This document shows positions 46,462 through 59,533 of a DNA stretch of 64,000 nucleotides, one piece after another. The position numbers and the translations under genes are program-made. The notes under the pieces were generated by a model. It made no database searches and was not told the DNA's origin. It saw nothing but the letters and a program-made list of their open reading frames with translations. The DNA is from Epithemia pelagica (taxonomy: Eukaryota > Protista > Bacillariophyta): NCBI GenBank assembly GCA_946965045.2, contig OX337237.1, positions 806,001-870,000 of the forward strand. The letters run 5' to 3'. How positions within the stretch are numbered: position 1 is the first letter of the stretch; the number at the start of each line of letters is the position of its first letter.

Positions 46462-49400
46462 CTAATCTGGTCGTCGTCGTTGCCGTGTGGAAGTGGGGTG
46501 CTGTGAGGCAGTGTCATGCACAGCTTGTGAATAATGTGTACGGCCATAATGGTCTTGTACTTGTGTGAGTGTCACAATCGGTTCTTCGTACGGTGGTGGC
46601 ATGGTTTGATGCGAATCATGGGATCCATCCCACAACGAAGGACCAGCAGGTGGTGGTGGTGGTGGCATGGAATGCATAGTGTATGGCTGGCCCTCCAAAT
46701 AATCGGCCCAGCCTTGATCTTGATGCTCATCCGGCTGCGTTCGATGTTGAAGTTCGGCTTGAGCTTGGCTCTGTCGTTCCGGAGACATGTAGTGGAGCAT
46801 ATTGTACCGTTTCAAAATGTGGAATTCAAAACAACACAGTTCCAAATCGGGTTGCGTCGAAAAATCCACATTCATGGGATCCTGGTACAAGGATTCGTGT
46901 TGTACATTGTGGTTGGTGGATCCACCACCAGGATAGGATGACGACGACGTGGAGGGACAATCAAAGCCACCATAGCAAAAGGCGGAACATTCCATGACTC
47001 GAATGACCGCCACCGCATCGAGCAGTAACACGTGGTCGCGAAACAAGAGTCGTGCATGGGCCTGGGAGAGACGAATCAGAGATTCCAAAAACCGGACCGT
47101 CACGGGAATGGTGCGACTTTGGGATCCTCGACACGCTTCGTAATGACGTTCCAGCAATAAGGCGGCTTCGTCACTCAGAACCGGAAAGAGCGTGTCCCGG
47201 ACAATGGAAATATACGCCCGCAACTTTTCCATGGACCAGGGTTCGGGGACAAAGGGTGATGACATGGAACTTCCATCTCCATTGGACTGTGGTAGCAGTG
47301 GAGTCCCATCATCCGAGGGGCCTGTTCCTTGAATGGCTTGGTTGAGCAGATAGGTGGTGATATTGTCGTCTCGTGTCGCATCGGACGAATCGACCAGCTT
47401 GAGAATGATATCAAATCTGGACAAGAGTGGTGTACCGAGACCAGTATTGACCGACAAACTACATTGGTTATCATACAGGCAATCGCGTGGATTCATGACG
47501 GCAATAATGGTGGCGCGACAATTGAGTTTGCATACAATACCAGCCTTGGCTACGGACAAGTGTTGTTGTTCCATGGCTTCATGAATCGTTAACCGATCTT
47601 GATCTCGGATACATCCAAATTCATCAATACAACACACGCCTTGATCGGCCAAGACGAGGGCACCGGCTTCCAAGGCAAATTCGCCACTGCTCCCATGTCG
47701 TACGGCGGCGCAGGTCAAGCCGGCCGAGGTGGTTCCCACTCCCGTCGTGAGAACGGCACGAGGACTCAGGGCGGCGGCAAACCGCAAAAATTGAGACTTG
47801 CCCGTTCCCGGATCTCCCACCAATAACAAATGAGATTGCGACCGCCGACGTGTATAGACTTGGGCATTGGAACGATGGTTTGGTGTTTGACGAGGTGCCG
47901 TGGGAAGGTGATTGGTCATTTGACTGGAATGTTCTTGTTGGTGATGTTGTTGCTGTGATGGTGGCTGCGCATCGTCTTCCACACCCGTACGAGTGGTGTT
48001 GGTGTTGTGGCGCCGACGTTTGGGTGGCTGGTTGTTATTGTCGTTGGCGTACAGGCTGTTGTAATCGAGTCCTGGTTCTTGAGACAAGGATGAATGGTTC
48101 TTGGGATGACGTCGTGGAATGACAAACAAGTCTTGGTGTTGTTGATGTTGTTGTTGTTGGTCGGTTTCTCTTGTATTTTCCTTATCCTCCGTCATTCCAT
48201 CAATAATAGGGTCGGTCTCTTGCATTATGTTGTCTATATTGCTATTGTGCGAAGAGTCGGACGACACTCCCCCAATCAATGTCAAGAGCAAGGCCAATTT
48301 AATCATGGGCAAACCGTACAGTTTGGGACAAACGGCCCGACAAATAAAATCACGAGCCGCAATGGGACGAGGGACTTGCAGTTGCCAATACCGTTCAAAT
48401 TCGGCTTGATAACGTTTGGTATCTTCGGTATGGGCATGATTGGTTGCCACGGCCGTGATCGAGGAGGAGGACGACGACGCGCCTGCGGTCGAGGAGGCTC
48501 GAGGATCGTCACTCAAAACCAGAATGGAATGCGCCAAGAGGGCCAATCCAATGTCGGGTTCGGGGACGTTGCGGACACTGGGAGGAGGACCCTGCGCTTG
48601 TTGTTGCTTGCCATTGTGCTTGTGGCTGCCACGACGAGGATTCATGGAATGGGTGGCCACATCGGAGTGCCATTGGGCCAACAAACTCCCGACAATCACG
48701 ACTTGATCGCCGGGTTGACAGGTATCGACCAAATCGTGTTGCAATTTGACCACGAGCGATCGAGGAATGTGTCCCAATTCTTGGTTCGAGCTATTGTTGT
48801 TGTGGTGGTTGGACGATTCTTGAATTTTGAGTTCTTGATAATCGGTATGAATGGACCCGACACTGGGATCCAAGGCGACCAAATTGGTACCACGGCAGGG
48901 TACTTTGGTCGGTGGTGCATTTGGAGTAGTTGTATTGGTGGTGGTGGTCCACAGGGGACAAACCTCGGGGGGTGTCAAGGCATTGTTGACATGTCCGAGA
49001 TTGGCATGGACGACAAAGGTTTTGCCGCATCCACAACTCGAACTGTCTTGTTTCTTTTTTGTTTTCCAACCTCCTCTTCGGCCACCGCCACCACCGTTGC
49101 TCGAGTCGGTGTTGTTGTTACCGCTCGTATTCTTCTTGGTATTATTCGTATTGGTGGGTTGACAGAGATAGGTGCGGGTGGATTCGTACATTTGAATGGG
49201 AGAGGCCCGTACGACGGTACCGGCGACTTGCCACATTTGACCAACATCGCGCGCTTGCAATCGCGACAGGGACGATTTGAAGCGGGAGGGTGGCAATTGG
49301 ACCAATCGCGCATGCAACCGGGTCGTATTATTTGGATTGCTGGTACTGGTGGTAGTGGATGGATGGTGGGTGCCGGACAATCCCCCCTTGACGGACGCGG

Positions 49401-50363
49401 TGGCCCAATTCACGGGTGGACCATCCTCCTCCTCAGTATCCTCATTGGTGTTGTTGTTGTTGTTGTTGGTGCCAGAGGTTTGTTGTTCCTGACGCTTTTG
49501 GTCCAATAAATCTTGCTGAGCTCGCACCAAGGCCTTTTCCAAGACGGGTACCAAGGTTGCTATATATTCGTCGTAATCACCGTCATCATCATCAGTATAT
49601 TATGCAATGGAGTATCGGATGGGAAATCGTACCGAATCGCAACATTAGGTAGTAGTAGAGAGTAATAGAATAGAACGAACCAAACGAAAACAAGATGGAG
49701 GTGTGAGCCATTCTTGCCATTTTGTACCAAAACGACACACACAAACATACATACGGGCCACTGACGGTCCAGTCCAACGAATCGGTTCCAGTCGAAAAAA
49801 ACTCTTTCGTTTTTTTATTCGAACCAGAAACCGCGACACCAAAACCTGCCGGCACAACCACCACAAGAACTCGAACGACTCCTACTCCAAACGAACGAAT
49901 AAACAAACGAATCGTACTGTTGTGTATACGTACCCGGATATCGGAGCAGCAAATCGCCCAAGACGGGATGATGTTGCAAGATATCGTAGGATCGGACTTG
50001 AATGGAATAATCACGCGTGGTGGTGGGTTGCCGCAACAAGTGGAACACGGCTTGGCGAATCGTGGGACAAGCGAGGCACGTTTCATAAAACGAATCTTCC
50101 ACGTGACTGGGACTGCCCAAATCCTTGTACGACGCCTGTTGCAAAACGGGACCCGTCCAACCACTTGTCGTGTCGTTGTTGTTCTCGGGAGGACGCGTTG
50201 AAAAGGAGGAGGGTTGTGGTGGCCCTTGGATTCCACCCATCACCGGATGGCGACAAGAACGAGGATAATCTTCATCTTCGTCTTCCTCTTCCTCGTTTCC
50301 ATAATCGTTCATGGCAGGATCGTCGTCATAGTCCGAAGGAGGACCGTCTGAAAAGTGGTCCAT
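46462..50363 (-). CDS. MCM9: MCM9-like helicase; 2 exons (intron 49560-49933)
   Basis: DYQELKIQE, LLLVGDPGTGKSQFL, TTGVGTTSAGLT, LEAGALVLADQGVCCIDEF, IHEAMEQQ, LLSRFD, TVRFLESLIRLSQAHARL. Splice CCG G|gtacgt...tatag|CA ACC keeps the frame. Confidence 0.88.
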
Positions 50364-51016
50364 TTTGTTTGCTGTTGACTTCTTGTTGGCCGGCGGATAT
50401 GGTCGTCGTCATTGGCGCCAAAAGGGAGGACCAAAAAAGTTCGTGCCGAGAGGGTGAAAGGGTTCGTGAGTTGGATGGCATGTCGGCTGGATGGCATGTG
50501 GGCTTCATGCGTCATGTGTGACACCCAACTTCTTCTTCCGGAAGATTCTCGATTGGGACAATGACTGCGACAATTCTCTTGTTCGCAAACGAGCCCTATA
50601 GAACGTGATCGATCGGTTTCTCTTGTTCGATCCTCGTCGAACGAACCCCCGAGGAGGTCTTCCACGGGCGGACGGGGTTTCTGTTGGATGGTCGCAGGTT
50701 GTGCCGCCGGCAACAAAACACAACGTACAAAACACTTTTGCACTTTGCACTTTGCACCCACACAAGCGATATACCAAAATGGCATAGAACCGACAGTACA
50801 TACGATACCCAAAGAACCCAAGGATCGAGTGAACCAAACCAGCTCTCTCTCTTGTCGGTGTTTGGGTGAGAGAGTGTCTTTGCCCAGAACTACCACCAAT
50901 ATAACTCTCAAGCGAACAACAACCACAACAACAAGACCACGAGTCCATCCTCTCATTCCAAACAAGACTTCCAACCACACAAACAAACATCCAACACGAA
51001 CCACCACCACACAACC

Positions 51017-51929
51017 ATGGGAAACACATTGGCTCGCCAATTTCAAGACGCGCCCTTGGGACAGGGTCATTTGACGTCGACGCAGGCCGCTCGTCAAACC
51101 GCCTTGGTACCCGATGCCGTCGTCTTGCATACCTATTCGCCCCGGACCTTGTGGGTCCACAAACAGGCCAAATCATCGTCCAATAGGCATCGCATTCGAT
51201 TTGTCCATGCCGAAACGTCCAATCTCCTCTTTGTCAACAGCACTACCACCACCAGTAATTCCATGACCACCACGACCACCAAGGATTTCAAGGGTCAATT
51301 GCTCTTTGTCACCAAGGCTCCCCACAAGGATTTGCGCGTCATTTACAAGGTCCTAGAACAACCGGCAGCACCGGAAGGAACGGCACCGTCCGAAGCATCG
51401 TCCTCGAATATGGAAGACGAACCCGATCATGCCAATCCCAATCACAACAATCACAAAAAGCAACCAGACGACTACCAAGATGGATGGACCCCCGTGGCCA
51501 AGATTGAAATTGATCACGTGGCAGCCTGTTTGACCGCCTTTCTCAGTGTCAAACGAGACACTCCTCCAAAAGGCCAAACTCCCACACCCCAAGAAACCAA
51601 CCACGAGAACCACGACGAGTGCGTCGTCGGGTTCCGTCGCTTCCAATGCATCCTCGTCGTCCAAGAATTCTCACAAAAAGGCCAAATCATCCTCCCCCAA
51701 ATCACAACCCGACCACCAGAATGACTTATTGTATGTCGATGTCTACAAGGCGGTCAAAATTCCCACCGTCCCCTACGGTGTCATGGTCGTGGATTTGACC
51801 ACGGGACAAGTCGTGGGCAAATCCGAACTCGACACGACCAAAAACAAGTGTCCCAAATTACTGGTCGCACCCGGGGCCGATGCCACGGCCGTGGCGGCCT
51901 TGACGTGTGTCTTGCATGGTGAATTGTGA
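51017..51929 (+). CDS. Possible LURP-one/Tubby-C (scramblase-fold) protein, with a frame break or intron near 51550-51700
   Basis: MGNT start (possible myristoylation). The C-terminal LLVAPGADATAVAALTCVL resembles the LURP1 terminal strand-helix. The two halves lie in different frames. Confidence 0.4.
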
Positions 51930-52210
51930 AACAAAAAGCAAAAAGCAACCAACCACACGAAACGTGTGACCACAATAAAGGAAGAAGAAAGTAGAGGACA
52001 GATTGGAACAACCCCACATCGTAACCAAAGCAAACAAGCCAACCATCACAAACCACACACACACCAACCAAAACTCGCCAGGAGGAGAGACAACGCCAAC
52101 ACACACAGACACTCTAGAAACTCCCACCACACAAGACAAACACCAGATGGACCAAAACTCGCCAGGAGGAGACAAGAGCAATCACAAAACGAAACTACAA
52201 AGGACCATTA

Positions 52211-52640
52211 CCATGACCAAGTGTGTGTGTGCATTCTCCATTTGGCAAAAAGCTAGTGTTGCGAAAAAGAAGAAGAAGAAGAGAAACACCCTCCAAAGCC
52301 CAAAAGAGCGTTTGTGTACACTGTTCATCCTGACGGCTACAAACCACACACGCGCAAACACACACACAAGAAACCATGGACCGAAACGAGACAGGAGCAA
52401 GCAAAAGAAGAATCTTGTGTGTGTGTCTCGTAACCAACGAAACGTGTGCACCGTTCCGACGAGAAAGTAGAAAGGATAACCACCACCACCAATGGGTTAC
52501 ACACACATGCGGACATGTGTGTGTGTGTGTGTGTGTGCATTCTTCATTGGCAAAAAGCTAGTGTTGCGAAAATGAAGAAAAAAAGGAAGAAACACCCTCC
52601 ACAGCCCCAGGAGCTTTTGTGTACACTGTTCATCCGGACG
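52211..52640. repeat. Two copies of a ~125-bp direct repeat with (GT)n and (GAA)n tracts
   Basis: gtgtgtgcattct...ggcaaaaagctagtgttgcgaaaa...aaacaccctcca...ttgtgtacactgttcatcc occurs at about 52220 and 52525. Confidence 0.8.
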
Positions 52641-53242
52641 ATTCTCTCCATTCTTATGTTTGATGGGGGTGTAGGTTTTATTTGGTTTGTGGAATCTCAG
52701 AGAGGCACGCAAGAAGAAGAATGGGCCCAATGTCGAATAATAGAGTGTAGTATGGGATTGGTGGAAGCGAGAGCACACCACGTTTCCGACCATTACAGTT
52801 ACGGGAGAAACGACGACGACGACCACCAAGACGCACCAAGAACGACGACAAGTGTCTCCTATTTCTACTGTATCTACCTCTCTACTAGAGTATGATGATG
52901 GAGAGAATCTATACACAAATTGGACGGAAATATCTCCCAGATAGGATAGGTTTCCTTCGAATGTCCCTTCTTCTTTCACTGAAGGTAGCCCCATCCTCTT
53001 GACAAACAGAGAGAGAATCGTAAGGCTCCTACTTCTTAACCCGGATATAGGTAGCACTGCTCGACAGAGGCCGCCCGTCGACCGTATATCACAAAAGGCC
53101 TCATCTCCAGGTTTTGATGTGAACTCCACACTTGAGTGGAGGCGCTGGCCAGCCAGCTTTTGTATTCGAATCCCCACGTGAAGTATCACTCTTGACAACG
53201 AGACTACGAAACAACCCTCCTTCGTAGCCATAGCGACTTACC

Positions 53243-56026
53243 ATGTTGTTGTCCAATACTAACCCACAGTCCAGAGTTGTTGGACATGACGACGCTGTGC
53301 CTGTGAAATGGCCAAGACTAATCAAGGTTTTTGAAGAACACGGGTGGCGCTTGGATCGCATATCAGGAAGTCATTTTATCTTTGTCAAGTCTGGTCACCG
53401 CTCCATTCCACTGGCGTTCCACGGCAACAGATCACTCACGAAAAAGTACGTCAAGTTGGTTCTGAAACAGGCGGATATCGTCGGCGATGTAGTAGCCGAA
53501 GATGAAGAATCTTACGAAGACGCCACCCCCCAAGTTATGGATGTCACCGATCCACCAAATGAAGGAGCTGCTGCTGTGAGACTAACAAAAAGGGTCGTCC
53601 CAATCCCTGACTCCAAGTGTTTGACCCACACCACCTCTCTCGATAAAGATGAATGGAGAAAACAGCACCAGACACAGCGTGTGGAGGTTTCGAAAGAGAT
53701 ATTACGACGGGAATCGCTCCTCGAGTCTGTCCAGTGCTTGGTAGCCGAAGGAAACTTTGCGCAGGCCTTGGCCTCCATTGAGAGCGAAAAACTCGATCTC
53801 GTTGACACTTCAGATAAGAATTACGAGGAGTTTTCCTCAAATCTATTCTTCTTCAAGATTATTGCCAAGATGGAGCTTGCTCTATCATATCCACTAAACT
53901 CGCCGCAACAGCGCGAGGGCATCATTGCGACGCTCAATCTTTCGAGTCGATACATGGAGGCAGTGCGAGATAGACGCCACCAAGCTCGAGAGCTTGCCAT
54001 GGGCCTACAAGCAAGGGTAATGAAGCTATATGTGCAAGAGGCGACAGAAGCGTCAAGAAAGTGCATGGCAGTGATTTTGCGTCGAGACCTTCCCACCAAT
54101 CACGCACTTCTCGATTTCTTTCCAAATGAAGGAGTCTCCAGTTCACGAGAGTTTGTGTTTTCTCAACTCGATGTCATGCTTGAATGTCTTCATTTCATCG
54201 TATCCATGTACAAGCTTGTTCTGAGCCAACCATTTGATTCCGTGAAAACAGTAGAACTGGCGGAAGAGGTTGAAGTGGCAACGTTGGTTTCACCCTGCAT
54301 TACCAGAATGCTTCTGTTGTTTAGCATGGAAAACTTTGATGCCGCAACGCAAGCGGCCGACAGCTTGCTCTTCGTGGCAGAGCACTTTCAAGAAGGAATC
54401 ACCATGATATGGCCCTTTGGTCCGAGAAAGGCATGGATTACAAAATCCCTGATCATTTCTATTTCAGAACATGTCAAGGCATTGGCCCCAGTATACCACT
54501 TTGCGAAAGAGGAGCTGAAATGGAGCCGTCTCGCAGGAGTGGTTGCCCGATGCAATGAGGCAGAAGATGTGGAAGAGTTGGAGACAAGGTTTCGGAGAGG
54601 TGCATTTTGCCTTTCCAGTGCCCTTACGTTCACGCAGAGAGCTCTCGACGTCATGGCAACTCATCGAAATGGTACAGAAGAGTTGATCGTTTCTACTTCA
54701 ACGAGAACGTTTATGTTCGATTCGCTGTTGGATCCAATCGAATTGCTGGGAGCCTCAGTGGATGAGTTCATGGCAACTGACCCCGTTGGAATGAAGCTGA
54801 ATGAGGTGAAGAAGTGGATTTCGACGCCAGGCCATGAACATATTGATGTATACATCAAGAAACATCAGGGCCCATGTAACCTCAGAGAATTCAGGACAGG
54901 GAAGTATGATCACCTTCGCCGTCAGCTGCTGCTGATCTTACGATATCTTCACCAAATCTCGGATGTTTACGCAACCTACTGTGATCACCTTGACACGGAG
55001 TCTCGGAAGGAGATGGAAGGCAACAAAATTTACACAAAGCATCGATTCGAAAGAATCAACTCAATCCGCTACGATCTTGTGTTCTTGTTCAGTATTCTTT
55101 TTGATAATGCCTCCCAAACCACAGCTTGGATGTTTGCTTATAAAGCCTTGGTTATCTTCTCGAGTGATCTGGATGTTTCGCATCGCTTTCACACGGAAAC
55201 ACCAAGCAAGCTACGTGGTCCGTGTGAGACGAAAGAAGAAATGTATGAACTTGGTGTGTGGGCTTTTGACCACGCGTTCAAGACGTACTCTCCGCTCTTT
55301 CTTCGTCGATACGTGATTGAAACAGAGGCGCGACGCCTGTGCGTCATTCGAGGAATCATTGGTCCCTTCCCCAGCTCATTCATGCCTGACCACCAAGGGG
55401 AAGCATTGGAAGCAATGGCTTTTTCATTGTTGTCCCAAGTCCTAAAGCGGTAAGGACGCAACATTCCGCAGTCATTTGTTCGAACAGTCCTACAAGATAT
55501 GATACAAACCCCTGACATGACGTCTGAGTCTCGCAGGTGGATCAAGAGCAAGGCAAAACGATACACCGAAAAAGTGCGCAGGTTTCAAAAACTAACGTGT
55601 GAGGAGGAAGCGAAGCTGAACTCCTGTTTGGCTTCAAGAAAGACAGCCATAGGTATATTGATGGAGAAACTTGAGGACAGCACGATGAAGCGCCGACGCC
55701 TTCCGTCAGATGTCTCCGAGAGAGTGTCGGCTTGTGCTGACCACAAAGAAAGGGTTCGTCTTGTCACTGCAAACTGCCACATGATTCGCCAGTGGTCTGC
55801 TGAAGATGCGACTGAGGTCGATCGGGCAATGTGGGCGTTGCAGGATTCCGCGGAAGTTGCGACCAGCTTTTTGCACCTGGCTCTTGGCTACCCAAAGGTA
55901 TCTAGCTTGTCAAGCCCTTCGTGGTCTCTCTCGGAATCTCAGACTTCCTTAAGTGACAATGTTCAGAATGACATTACCTGTCTGCAAAAAATCTTTGAAA
56001 AGGCGAATGCGCTGTTGGATGATTGA
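53243..56026 (+). CDS. Large alpha-helical protein with an N-terminal HicA-like mRNA interferase domain; in-frame TAA at 55451-55453
   Basis: aa 21-79 VKWPRLIKVFEEHGWRLDRISGSHFIFVKSGHRSIPLAFHGNRSLTKKYVKLVLKQADI match the HicA pattern. The 736-aa ORF and ORF 55499-56026 share a frame, separated only by this TAA. Confidence 0.75.
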
Positions 56027-56142
56027 GTTGAGGCGCGAGACCGCACTCGAACATATCAAAATAATTGTTACATGCAGCTTGGTCTGCGACTTTTGCCATG
56101 TAGCGCGACTTCCTTCGATTTCTAGAATATGTAATGTCTCTT

Positions 56143-56640
56143 TCAGTAAATGACAATCGCGATAGGATATCTTCCGGTCAGTAAAGGAAGGCCTTCCTCG
56201 AAAGCGATAGAAATAACAGGTGAATCCCTGTTGAGAATGTTGTCGATAGAACCAGTGGTATCAAATCTACCGGTGCATACCACGCCCGACCAATCGCATT
56301 GGCGGACAGTACTCGCCCTGTCTGCCCATGAAACCGCTGCATCCCATTCTAGGACAGATGTCTCATTTTCATTCATAAAGTTTTCAACATAGTACGGGGT
56401 CGAAACATCGTTAGTGGCATAGTAGATACATGCCAAGGCATACCGTTGCGCTATTCTCCACTCCTCCATCTCTGAGGATGTCTCCTCCACAAAGCGTAGC
56501 GCTATCATCCAATACGCTGACTCGTCATTGAAGTTTTGTTCATAATCCTCTGGGTAATTGGTGCGCAACATTACTTCCATGGCCGAAACACATCGAGTGG
56601 GCAATAGAGAGGGTTCGGAGGAAGTGGAAGGCAGCGTGGG
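56143..56640 (-). pseudogene. LRR receptor fragment (stalk + LRRNT), array copy 1
   Basis: MEVMLRTNYPE..WRIAQRYALACIYYATN..CDWSGVVC; 1-bp deletion at IVI(L)LKET. Confidence 0.8.
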
Positions 56641-57442
56641 GGGTATACCTCACTGGTTGACGGCAATTCGCTGGGAACAGCCGAGAAGGAAGGCTACTGA
56701 CTTGATGATGGTATCTTACTGGCGAGAACAATCGGCGTTCTGGATCCACTGTAAGGCACGGGCGAGAAGAATGGGTAACTACTCGAGGGAATCTGGTAAG
56801 ACACCGTACACAATGGGCAACGTATGCATGGTATGTCCAACCTTCCAATCCACACCTCCGTTTTAGGCCAGAATAATAAGTACGTCTTGTTTCCCCCACA
56901 CGCTACGAACTAACACTGTAGCAGAACTCTCATTGAAGAAAGACAGCCATAGGTATATTGATGGAGAAACTTGAGGACAGCACGATGAAGCGCCGACGCC
57001 TTCCGTCAGATGTCTCCGAGAGAGTGTCGGCTTGTGCTGACCACAAAGAAAGGGTTCGTCTTGTCACTGCAAACTGCCACATGATTCGCCAGTGGTCTGC
57101 TGAAGATGCGACTGAGGTCGATCGGGCAATGTGGGCGTTGCAGGATTCCGCGGAAGTTGCGACCAGCTTTTTGCACCTGGCTCTTGGCTACCCAAAGGTA
57201 TCTAGCTTGTCAAGCCCTTCGTGGTCTCTCTCGGAATCTCAGACTTCCTTAAGTGACAATGTTCAGAATGACATTACCTGTCTGCAAAAAATCTTTGAAA
57301 AGGCGAATGCGCTGTTGGATGATTGAGTTGAGGCGCGAGACCGCACTCGAACATATCAAAATAATTGTTACATGCAGCTTGGTCTGCGACTTTTGCCATG
57401 TAGCGGGACTTCCTTCGATTTCTAGAATATGTAATGTCTCTT

Positions 57443-57940
57443 TCAGTAAATGACAATCGCGATAGGATATCTTCCGGTCAGTAAAGGAAGGCCTTCCTCG
57501 AAAGCGATAGAAATAAGAGGTGAATCCCTGTTGAGAATGTTGTCGATAGAACCAGTGGTATCAAATCTACCGGTGCATACCACGCCCGACCAATCGCATT
57601 GGCGGACAGTACTCGCCCTGTCTGCCCATGAAACCGCTGCATCCCATTCTAGGACAGATGTCTCATTTTCATTCATAAAGTTTTCAACATAGTACGGGGT
57701 CGAAACATCGTTAGTGGCATAGTAGATACATGCCAAGGCATACCGTTGCGCTATTCTCCACTCCTCCATCTCTGAGGATGTCTCCTCCACAAAGCGTAGC
57801 GCTATCATCCAATACGCTGACTCGTCATTGAAGTTTTGTTCATAATCCTCTGGGTAATTGGTGCGCAACATTACTTCCATGGCCGAAACACATCGAGTGG
57901 GCAATAGAGAGGGTTCGGAGGAAGTGGAAGGCAGCGTGGG
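57443..57940 (-). pseudogene. LRR receptor fragment, array copy 2
   Basis: Identical to copy 1 except D(S)PLISI versus D(S)PVISI. Confidence 0.8.
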
Positions 57941-58742
57941 GGGTATACCTCACTGGTTGACGGCAATTCGCTGGGAACAGCCGAGAAGGAAGGCTACTGA
58001 CTTGATGATGGTATCTTACTGGCGAGAACAATCGGCGTTCTGGATCCACTGTAAGGCACGGGCGAGAAGAATGGGTAACTACTCGAGGGAATCTGGTAAG
58101 ACACCGTACACAATGGGCAACGTATGCATGGTATGTCCAACCTTCCAATCCACACCTCCGTTTTAGGCCAGAATAATAAGTACGTCTTGTTTCCCCCACA
58201 CGCTACGAACTAACACTGTAGCAGAACTCTCATTGAAGAAAGACAGCCATATGTATATTGATGGAGAAACTTGAGGACAGCACGATGAAGCGCCGACGCC
58301 TTCCGTCAGATGTCTCCGAGAGAGTGTCGGCTTGTGCTGACCACAAAGAAAGGGTTCGTCTTGTCACTGCAAACTGCCACATGATTCGCCAGTGGTCTGC
58401 TGAAGATGCGACTGAGGTCGATCGGGCAATGTGGGCGTTGCAGGATTCCGCGGAAGTTGCGACCAGCTTTTTGCACCTGGCTCTTGGCTACCCAAAGGTA
58501 TCTAGCTTGTCAAGCCCTTCGTGGTCTCTCTCGGAATCTCAGACTTCCTTAAGTGACAATGTTCAGAATGACATTACCTGTCTGCAAAAAATCTTTGAAA
58601 AGGCGAATGCGCTGTTGGATGATTGAGTTGAGGCGCGAGACCGCACTCGAACATATCAAAATAATTGTTACATGCAGCTTGGTCTGCGACTTTTGCCATG
58701 TAGCGGGACTTCCTTCGATTTCTAGAATATGTAATGTCTCTT

Positions 58743-59240
58743 TCAGTAAATGACAATCGCGATAGGATATCTTCCGGTCAGTAAAGGAAGGCCTTCCTCG
58801 AAAGCGATAGAAATAACAGGTGAATCCCTGTTGAGAATGTTGTCGATAGAACCAGTGGTATCAAATCTACCGGTGCATACCACGCCCGACCAATCGCATT
58901 GGCGGACAGTACTCGCCCTGTCTGCCCATGAAACCGCTGCATCCCATTCTAGGACAGATGTCTCATTTTCATTCATAAAGTTTTCAACATAGTACGGGGT
59001 CGAAACATCGTTAGTGGCATAGTAGATACATGCCAAGGCATACCGTTGCGCTATTCTCCACTCCTCCATCTCTGAGGATGTCTCCTCCACAAAGCGTAGC
59101 GCTATCATCCAATACGCTGACTCGTCATTGAAGTTTTGTTCATAATCCTCTGGGTAATTGGTGCGCAACATTACTTCCATGGCCGAAACACATCGAGTGG
59201 GCGATAGAGAGGGTTCGGAGGAAGTGGAAGGCAGCGTGGG
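58743..59240 (-). pseudogene. LRR receptor fragment, array copy 3
   Basis: Near-identical to copies 1 and 2. Confidence 0.8.
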
Positions 59241-59533
59241 GGGTATACCTCACTGGTTGACGGCAATTCGCTGGGAACAGCCGAGAAGGAAGGCTACTGA
59301 CTTGATGATGGTATCTTACTGGCGAGAACAATCGGCGTTCTGGATCCACTGTAAGGCACGGGCGAGAAGAATGGGTAACTACTCGAGGGAATCTGGTAAG
59401 ACACCGTACACAATGGGCAACGTATGCATGGTATGTCCAACCTTCCAATCCACACCTCCGTTTTAGGCCAGAATAATAAGTACGTCTTGTTTCCCCCACA
59501 CGCTACGAACTAACACTGTAGCAGAACTTTCAT

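Noticed and set aside
48094-49509. 471-aa plus-strand ORF and similar long antisense ORFs (e.g. 21458-22027, 2657-3235, 40577-41254)
   Set aside because: Antisense shadows of real genes (MCM9, vWA-kinase, ABC1K, LRR4) with no domain signature.
14796-55453. Alternative genetic code (UAA/UAG = Gln) explaining the in-frame stops
   Set aside because: TAG ends ABC1K and MCM9, and TAA ends LRR1 exactly at the family C-terminal cap. The same accessory genes also carry frameshifts.
55450-55487. Intron removing the TAA of the HicA-fusion gene (GTAAGG donor)
   Set aside because: The available acceptors give 22- or 38-bp introns, implausibly short, and the 38-bp option does not restore the frame of the downstream ORF.
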